A program made the position numbers and the translations under genes. Positions 57,673 to 64,000 of a stretch of 64,000 nt of DNA are shown piece by piece. The stretch is taken from positions 124,001 to 188,000 of the forward strand of contig CAZCME010000005.1 in the NCBI GenBank assembly GCA_964499705.1, given 5' to 3'. Within the stretch, counting starts at the first letter, position 1. Each line of letters opens with the position of its first letter. The stretch is from an uncultured bacterium (GTDB lineage: Bacteria; UBA8481). Below the pieces are notes generated by a model. The model was not told the origin of the DNA. It saw only the letters and a list, made by a program, of their open reading frames with translations, and did no database searches.

Positions 57673-59446
57673 AACGGTGCGCTCCTGCCCAGGCAAGCAT
57701 CGCCTCGGAAAGGCACAATCGCCTTCGCCGGCCAGGCGCGATGAATCCATCGCGTCTCGCCTCAGCCGATGCTTTCTCCTCCTTCTAGCCATGACCGCCG
57801 CCGTCGAGCCGACGCGCGCTTCCGCGGGCTCCTTTCGCGTGGAAGGCAATTTCGACCTGGGAGGCGAGATCCGGCGTGATGCCGATGCCGAGTACAACGA
57901 CCGGCCTCTAGGCTATGACCGGGCCTTCACGCGTAATTCATCGAGATCGCACAACAATTTCGAGCTGACGTCCCGCCGCGCGGAATTCCGCGCCTACGCC
58001 TACCCTGTCGCGCCCATCGAAATCTTCGCGAAGATCTTTCACGACAACGATTTCTTTCTCGGGGAAGCGCACGCGAAATACCGCGTCACGAGGGGCGAGC
58101 GCGACAAGGAGCGCGGGCTCGAGTCCTATCTCTTCTACCGCCAGGGTCGTCTCGGCCTGTCCGACCCGATCTTGAACATCGCCGGCGACGGAGGCGGAGA
58201 CGAGGGGATCGCGACGTCCTTCTGGTTCGGTCGCGGCGAATACACCGTCGACAAAGGGCGCTGGTTCGGCGAATTCAACATGCAGAACAAGGTGGGAGAA
58301 AATAATGGGTTCGGCGAGGACAACGAAGCCTATGCCGCCAAGATCCGGCACGAATACAAGATCAACGATGATATGAACTGGGCGGCCGAGGCGCTCTGGG
58401 CTCATAAGACGTTCACGTTTTCCAACGCGCGCCGGCAGGCGAATGACGTCATCGGGTTTGATCTCACCGGAGCCTACAAGACCACCAACATCACGCTCCA
58501 GTATCATCCCGTCTCGATTTCCCAGGATGTCTCCGCGCAAACCCCGAACAACGATGCGCTTGGATTCGATCTTCGGAATCTTCTCATTCTCGATAAGGTC
58601 AAAACCGGGCGCCTGGGCCTGAACGCCTCGTTTCTCTACTTCGGAAAAAATTACGCCAATTTCGTCGGACGAGGACCGGAATTTCAGAGCTACGGGTTCG
58701 AGATCCTGAACGGCTTCCAGACCACGCTTTCGGAACGAGTCGGCAAGGGGCTCTTCACGGAACTCTACTGGGACGTGCCGAAATACCAGGGGACGATCAT
58801 CTACCGCCATGAGGACAAGTGGGGCGGCGACCGGTTTCCGCGCCTCATACTCACTCGCCGGAACGAAATCGACGTTTCCGCCAAGCTCATCAAGAACATC
58901 ACCTTCCGCGCGTTCTACAACCGCACGCTGTTCGGCCTCGGAGAAGCGCTCCGCGATTTCGACGCTAACCGGTTTCTCTTCTTCAACAACAAGCAGCGCG
59001 ACGAATTCTACGTAACCTTGAAGCTGAATCGCCAGAGAGGAAGCGTCAAGGTCGACTACAGGAACCTCCAGGAGCGCACGGTCAACTACAAGATCGCCGG
59101 CTTCGAGGGAAGCTTGAAGATCACGCCGAAGATCACGTTTCTAGCCAGGGCCGCGCAGATCTGGCTGGAGCGGCCCGACCAGAATTACGAGCTGACCGAC
59201 AAACCTTCCGACCTGGGAAGCCGTTCCGACGGCGGCCGCTTCCGCACCAGCATCGTCGATCCGTTCTTCAAGCGCATGACGACATTTCTCCAGCTCACGT
59301 ACCGCCCGACGGACAATTCCCAGCTCTTCCTGGAATACGGACAGGGATTCCACTCCGACAACGATCTCTCCCTGGACGGCGACTTTCTCGCGCCGACGCG
59401 CCGCACCGATCCGCGTGTCTTCATGAAACTGGAGATGTGGTTCTGA
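57659..59446 (+). CDS. putative outer-membrane beta-barrel protein
   Basis: Signal-like h-region then ASA; alternating hydrophobic/aromatic strands; C-terminus VFMKLEMWF with terminal Phe. Start uncertain. Confidence 0.7.
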   Translation: MSHDETVRSCPGKHRLGKAQSPSPARRDESIASRLSRCFLLLLAMTAAVEPTRASAGSFRVEGNFDLGGEIRRDADAEYNDRPLGYDRAFTRNSSRSHNNFELTSRRAEFRAYAYPVAPIEIFAKIFHDNDFFLGEAHAKYRVTRGERDKERGLESYLFYRQGRLGLSDPILNIAGDGGGDEGIATSFWFGRGEYTVDKGRWFGEFNMQNKVGENNGFGEDNEAYAAKIRHEYKINDDMNWAAEALWAHKTFTFSNARRQANDVIGFDLTGAYKTTNITLQYHPVSISQDVSAQTPNNDALGFDLRNLLILDKVKTGRLGLNASFLYFGKNYANFVGRGPEFQSYGFEILNGFQTTLSERVGKGLFTELYWDVPKYQGTIIYRHEDKWGGDRFPRLILTRRNEIDVSAKLIKNITFRAFYNRTLFGLGEALRDFDANRFLFFNNKQRDEFYVTLKLNRQRGSVKVDYRNLQERTVNYKIAGFEGSLKITPKITFLARAAQIWLERPDQNYELTDKPSDLGSRSDGGRFRTSIVDPFFKRMTTFLQLTYRPTDNSQLFLEYGQGFHSDNDLSLDGDFLAPTRRTDPRVFMKLEMWF

Positions 59447-62331
59447 TGAGGATAAATCCCAAATCCCAAATCCCAAATCCCAACTTTCGGATATCCATGG
59501 CTGGCATGTGGAATTTGGGATTTGGGATTTCGGCGTTCCTATTGATGGTGTTCCTCTCATCCATACCTTCCCGCGCCGCGGTGCGGGTCAGCGGCGAGCG
59601 CGTCATCTTCACGCACGTCGCGCCGGATGCCCGGAGTGTCCTGATCCGCGGATCCTGGAATCAGTGGGGCAAGCCTATCGCCTGCATCCGCGATGCAACG
59701 GGCCGATGGGGCGGAATGGTGCGCCTGAGAGAAGGCACCTATCAGTATGTTCTTGTCATCAACGATCAGACGCGGATCGCCGATCCGGAAAATCCACGCA
59801 CGGCGATGGATGCCGAAGGAGCCACCGTGTCCGTCGTCGTTGTGGGCTCAGGCGCGCCCGCAACTGTTCCCGCCCCCGCTCCGATTCCCGTTCCTCAGCC
59901 GGCAGCTTCCGCTCCTCCGGCGCAACCGGCGGCCTCCGACGGAGTCGTCTTTACCGTCGATGCCCCCGGGGCCAACCTGGTCGAAGTGATGGGATCATGG
60001 AACGGATGGTCTCAACCGACCGTCGCGACGAAAGGTTCCGACGGGAAATGGAAGGCGACAATCAAACTTCCGGCCGGAGATTACACGTTCAAGTACAGGA
60101 AGGACGGAGACTGGGATGCTCTCAACAAGGACGACCGGAAACTGAATGTCGCCGCGAATGGAAAAGCCACATTCTCCGGAGCCACGGCTCCCGCGGCGGC
60201 CGTTCCGGACGCGGCCCCCGTCGGCCCGCTCCCGCCCACGCCGCCCGGCACGGATTTCTCGGCGACTCCCGCCGTCGTCACGCAGGACGAGCGCATTCTC
60301 TTCGGCTACTCCGATCCTTTCGTCGGAAAAGTAGCGATCGCCGGTGAATTCAACGGTTGGGACAAGAACAAGAATCCGATGACAAGAAGCGCCGATGGAA
60401 TCTGGCGCGCCGTCATGACGATCAAGGAAGGGCGCTACAAGTGGAAGTTCGTCAGCGACGATCAGTTCGAGCAGGGCGACGACAGGAAGCTGACGATCGT
60501 CCGCGGCAAAGGCGGACGACTGGAGGTTCTCGCCGCGCAACCCACTTTCAACACGCCCTACAACTCGCGCATCTTCTTCTCGGGCAGGCTATTCGGCAAG
60601 GCCGTTTATCGCGAGGTCCCTGAAGGAGAACAGTTCGACACAGGACGCCTGCGTTTCGCGCCGACGGAATTCAATTTCCGTCCGAAACTTTCCTTCACGG
60701 CCGGCGACAAGGTCGACGGCTTCATGGAAGCCGAGATCAACCGGCTCGAAGACCGCTTCTCTTCGCAGTTCAGCGAAGGGCGCGTCACGCTGACGGAAGA
60801 CTGGGGAAACCTCTTCGTCTTCCGCAGAACCCGGGCCATCGACTTCAATAATCCGCTCCGTTCGCTCGATCGTTTCGGCAATACGCTTGACGATAATCTC
60901 TACTTCACGGGCGAAGAACGCCCCCCCGAAAACTGGTTTGGAAAGGAATTCGACGTCGTGCGGAGAAATGCCGGCGACAATGACTACAACTATGCTTACG
61001 GCGGATGGCAGGGCGTGGCCAGCACGGCCAATCTCGGCCGCTTCCAGTTTCAATTTCTCGGAGCCGATCACGTATTGCGGGAAGACGACATCTGGGGATT
61101 CCGATCGACCTGGACCGGATCGTTCCTGCGGTTGGGATCCACATTCGTTCATCACGAAATGCCCCGCGGGCTCCAGGCGGAACGCGTGCCCGGTATCGGC
61201 ATGTCGGTGCAGAACTCCGCGTTCCTGGACACCGACGGCGGGTATTTCCGGGTACCGGGCACGGCAACGAACAACTTCGATATCAACGCTCTCATCTTCA
61301 ACTTCGACGGTCTGGCCTTTTTCGAGCCCAACGGCCGGAATCGGGAACAATGGCTGAGCAGCGACCTGCGGCTCGGTCACGATACGAGAAATCTCTTTTT
61401 CGAGCTCCAGGGGCACAGGAAAGATTACTCCTTCGTCGCATTCGAGAACGGCGACGGTTTCCGGCCCGACGGATCTCTGACGTTCTACGACGATGGCTTC
61501 TCGAAGAATTTCGGAGAGTATCTGGCCGGCGGTCGCGGCGATTATCTGACGGCCCTGGTGGGCGGTCTCTTCCACTTTTCTCCGCGCATGGCTGTGGAAC
61601 TGAATTACAAGTTCGAGGACGGCAACGAAAAGACAATGGACCGTTTCCGGAACGTGGTCGACGTGCAGCCCTCCGGTGGTACGTTCACCGGCCGCTTCCG
61701 ATACAAGACCGACAAGTTCTTCTACTCCTTCGAGGGTGTTCACCGGACCGTGCAGGATTTTCCCAACACCGTCCTCCAGGCGAAATTCGACAACTATGAT
61801 TTCTCCGACGTCTCGGTCATCGGCGTCGATAACCAGCTCCAGTTCAAACAGGACATCGCCGTCAAGCTGGGCAAATGGGGTTTCACCGGCGGCCATCGCT
61901 TCAGGCGATACGACCTGCTGGGCATGTCCCCTCTGGAAACCAACGAGCTCAAGGGTGTTCTGACGTACGACTTGACGCGCCGCCTTGGAGTGGCACTATC
62001 CGGCCGTACCAAGTCCTATTCGCTCCCGAATTCGACCGCCGTAACGACATTCCCCAACCGCCCGCAGCGTTTCAATTCCGGCGGCATCCGGGCTCTCTAC
62101 AGCATCTCCCAGTATGTCAAGATCAACGCGGGCTTTGGCGTGAATTTCCAGAATGACGAGGATCTCGAGGAGGGAGCGCTCTTCTTCCTCCGCGAAGGCC
62201 TGGCCAGGGCCAGGCGCGGTTCCAATGCGGTCGCCGGCCCGATCACGCGTACCATGGACCAGGTGCTCTACGCCGAGGACATTCTCGCGAAAGAGCGAAG
62301 ATTCGAATTGAATCTCGATGCCAGATTCTAG
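59446..62331 (+). CDS. putative outer-membrane beta-barrel protein with three N-terminal CBM48-like modules
   Basis: TGATG coupling to the previous gene; GSWNQW, GSWNGW and GEFNGW modules with Pro/Ala linkers; beta-rich C-terminal about 590 aa ending FELNLDARF. Confidence 0.75.
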   Translation: MRINPKSQIPNPNFRISMAGMWNLGFGISAFLLMVFLSSIPSRAAVRVSGERVIFTHVAPDARSVLIRGSWNQWGKPIACIRDATGRWGGMVRLREGTYQYVLVINDQTRIADPENPRTAMDAEGATVSVVVVGSGAPATVPAPAPIPVPQPAASAPPAQPAASDGVVFTVDAPGANLVEVMGSWNGWSQPTVATKGSDGKWKATIKLPAGDYTFKYRKDGDWDALNKDDRKLNVAANGKATFSGATAPAAAVPDAAPVGPLPPTPPGTDFSATPAVVTQDERILFGYSDPFVGKVAIAGEFNGWDKNKNPMTRSADGIWRAVMTIKEGRYKWKFVSDDQFEQGDDRKLTIVRGKGGRLEVLAAQPTFNTPYNSRIFFSGRLFGKAVYREVPEGEQFDTGRLRFAPTEFNFRPKLSFTAGDKVDGFMEAEINRLEDRFSSQFSEGRVTLTEDWGNLFVFRRTRAIDFNNPLRSLDRFGNTLDDNLYFTGEERPPENWFGKEFDVVRRNAGDNDYNYAYGGWQGVASTANLGRFQFQFLGADHVLREDDIWGFRSTWTGSFLRLGSTFVHHEMPRGLQAERVPGIGMSVQNSAFLDTDGGYFRVPGTATNNFDINALIFNFDGLAFFEPNGRNREQWLSSDLRLGHDTRNLFFELQGHRKDYSFVAFENGDGFRPDGSLTFYDDGFSKNFGEYLAGGRGDYLTALVGGLFHFSPRMAVELNYKFEDGNEKTMDRFRNVVDVQPSGGTFTGRFRYKTDKFFYSFEGVHRTVQDFPNTVLQAKFDNYDFSDVSVIGVDNQLQFKQDIAVKLGKWGFTGGHRFRRYDLLGMSPLETNELKGVLTYDLTRRLGVALSGRTKSYSLPNSTAVTTFPNRPQRFNSGGIRALYSISQYVKINAGFGVNFQNDEDLEEGALFFLREGLARARRGSNAVAGPITRTMDQVLYAEDILAKERRFELNLDARF
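59454..59533. repeat. heptamer palindromic repeat (AAATCCC)x4 ... (ATTTGGG)x2-ATTTCGG within the 5' end of the barrel gene
   Basis: Directly visible; same unit as 53979..54037 and 40564..40578. Confidence 0.8.
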
Positions 62332-62344
62332 AAGGAGGCTCATC

Positions 62345-62797
62345 ATGATCCGTCGCTTGTTGCTGTTTTGCGCCGTTGGCCTGATATCAACGGGTTGCAC
62401 CACCGTCGTCGCGGAACGGTTGGAATCCGCCAAGACCGTCGATGACGGCACCGGATACATCTTCATCTACGACGACATGTCCGCGACCGATGTCTATCTC
62501 GCTGGCGAGATGAACCGTTGGGGTCCGAACGACGGTGGAAAAATCAGGAAGGGCGACAAGTACAACATCAAGTTCAAGCGGCGCGAGGACGGCATCTGGC
62601 AGGCCGTGGTGCCCTATAAAGAACATGTGAAGCTTCCTCAATACGACACGCTCGATGACGAGGTCTACGTGGAGCACGGCAACCGGTATCGTTACAAGAT
62701 CGTCATCGACGGCGATCGCTGGATCGCGGACCCGAACAACCGGAGCATTCTCCGGGATCCCGACGGGAACGAAAATTCCCTGCTTGTTGCACCCTGA
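62345..62797 (+). CDS. CBM48-like glycogen-binding lipoprotein
   Basis: SD AGGAGG; lipobox STGC; VYLAGEMNRW...EDGIW...YRYKIVIDGDRWIADPNN...NENSLL. Confidence 0.8.
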   Translation: MIRRLLLFCAVGLISTGCTTVVAERLESAKTVDDGTGYIFIYDDMSATDVYLAGEMNRWGPNDGGKIRKGDKYNIKFKRREDGIWQAVVPYKEHVKLPQYDTLDDEVYVEHGNRYRYKIVIDGDRWIADPNNRSILRDPDGNENSLLVAP

Positions 62798-62821
62798 GCC
62801 GACCACAGGAATGATCACCGG

Positions 62822-64000
62822 ATGAACAACGCGACGCGGCGAAGCGCAGGGCTCATTATCCTAGGCGCGCTGCTTTTGTTCATCGTCAAGATGGATGCGC
62901 AGACATCGCCCTCGACATATGTCGGTGGACAACTCGTCGTATTACCGCGCGACGGCAATGCTATCGCCAGCCTTCACGCCCTGGGATACACAAGTTTATC
63001 CGCCATCACAGGAACCGGTTATCGGGTCATGGGAATACGGCCTGGTCTTTCGGAGGCGGCGGCGCTGTCCGAGCTTCTGGGCCGCGGCGATATCATCTCG
63101 GCCGACTATAATCGCATAGCCCGCGCTTTTCTAACCCCGAACGATCCTTCTTTCGCTCTGCAATATCATCTCGCCATCACCCGATGCACCGAAGCGTGGG
63201 ATATTACTCAGGGTTCATCATCCGATACGATCGCTGTCGTCGATTCAGGAGGCGACACAAAACATCTCGATCTCGTGGGTCGCGTCGTCTTCGCGGCCGG
63301 CAGCGATATTCTTGACGGGGATAGTGATCCTTCAGAACCAACGACGGGTGGTGGTCACGCCACGCTAGTGTCCGGCACAGTCGCGGCCACCACCGACAAT
63401 GCCACGGATGTGTCCGGCGTGGATTGGAATTCCCGCCTGCTCTTCGTCCGAGTTCTCGGCACAAACGGCAGCGGTAGTTTTTCCAACATTGCTAATGGCA
63501 TCTTGAATGCGGTTTCGCACAAGGCCACGGTCATCAACCTGTCACTGGGCGATACGAACGTCGTTCCGGCCACCATCGATGTCGTGGAATACGCTCTCCT
63601 GGCCGCCCGCAACGCCGGCATCATCGTTTCCATCGCCACAGGAAACTCAGCTTCATCAGGTTTTGAGACGGTTGCATACCCGGGCAATTCACTGCATGCC
63701 ATCGGGGTCGGCGCGTCGACATCGGCCGATTTGAGAGCCACGTTTTCCGAATTCAAGAAGCCCGACAGCCTTAAGGGCGTCGATGTCGTCGCGCCCGGTC
63801 AAACGATCCTGACACTGAGTCCTGGGTTCGGCACCACGACCGTGGACGGCACATCCTTCTCGGCGCCCATCGTGTCCGGGTTGGCCACACTCTTGAAATC
63901 CATCAGGCGCGAGTACACACCGGCGAATTTTCTGACGCTGATTCGAGCCACGGCCAAAGACATCAACACGGCGGGATTCGACGCGGAAACAGGCCACGGC
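62822..64000 (+). CDS. S8 subtilisin-family serine peptidase, secreted, 3'-truncated by the window
   Basis: Translated by hand (absent from the ORF track because no stop): PNDP, IAVVDSG (Asp), GHATLVSG (His), INLSLG, ATGN, DVVAPG, GTSFSAP (Ser). Confidence 0.9.
   Translation, partial: MNNATRRSAGLIILGALLLFIVKMDAQTSPSTYVGGQLVVLPRDGNAIASLHALGYTSLSAITGTGYRVMGIRPGLSEAAALSELLGRGDIISADYNRIARAFLTPNDPSFALQYHLAITRCTEAWDITQGSSSDTIAVVDSGGDTKHLDLVGRVVFAAGSDILDGDSDPSEPTTGGGHATLVSGTVAATTDNATDVSGVDWNSRLLFVRVLGTNGSGSFSNIANGILNAVSHKATVINLSLGDTNVVPATIDVVEYALLAARNAGIIVSIATGNSASSGFETVAYPGNSLHAIGVGASTSADLRATFSEFKKPDSLKGVDVVAPGQTILTLSPGFGTTTVDGTSFSAPIVSGLATLLKSIRREYTPANFLTLIRATAKDINTAGFDAETGHG

Noticed and set aside
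57659-62331. Assignment of the barrels as SusC/TonB-dependent receptor or LamB
   Set aside because: No TonB box or plug motifs, no SusD neighbour and no LamB signature recognised; left unnamed pending structural search.

Overview
GC-rich, gene-dense bacterial chromosomal window from a diderm organism (it encodes outer-membrane beta-barrel-like proteins, lipoproteins and an AsmA-like protein). I found no rRNA, complete tRNA, CRISPR array, transposase or prophage. 1-29.7 kb holds mixed housekeeping and accessory genes: a 5'-truncated GHKL ATPase, a pRiA4b-ORF3/SEC-C protein, two ECF sigma/zinc anti-sigma pairs with near-identical promoter motifs, ettA, a RoxA-like diheme cytochrome, an FAD/Fe-S oxidoreductase, AsmA, LEA-2 and NHL proteins, an MntA/HepT toxin-antitoxin pair, a MacAB-type exporter, a GSDH-family dehydrogenase, EcsC and a CBM20-esterase. 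29.8-37.6 kb is a sigma-54-linked signalling island: a ChpT-like pseudo-kinase, a MASE1-CHASE hybrid kinase split by a frameshift in a T7 run, an NtrC-type activator, a 70-aa HisKA-only protein, a double-receiver protein and three -24/-12 motifs. The most notable region, 40.7-62.8 kb, is an alpha-glucan (starch/glycogen) utilisation locus with an architecture I do not recognise. It has malQ, a secreted GH13 enzyme with seven tandem CBM48-like modules, and a MalK/F/G/E-type ABC transporter whose MalG carries an inserted Ig/CBM48-like domain. It also has two paralogous putative outer-membrane barrels (one with three CBM48-like modules) and a CBM48 lipoprotein, with two diguanylate cyclases and a GAF-kinase/sigma-54 regulator pair inside the gene run. 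No LamB, SusCD/TonB or LacI-type gene is recognisable in the window. Several short non-autonomous palindromic repeat elements occur, one apparently read in-frame in a signal peptide. The window ends in a 3'-truncated S8 peptidase. All assignments come from motif recognition by eye; no database searches were run.
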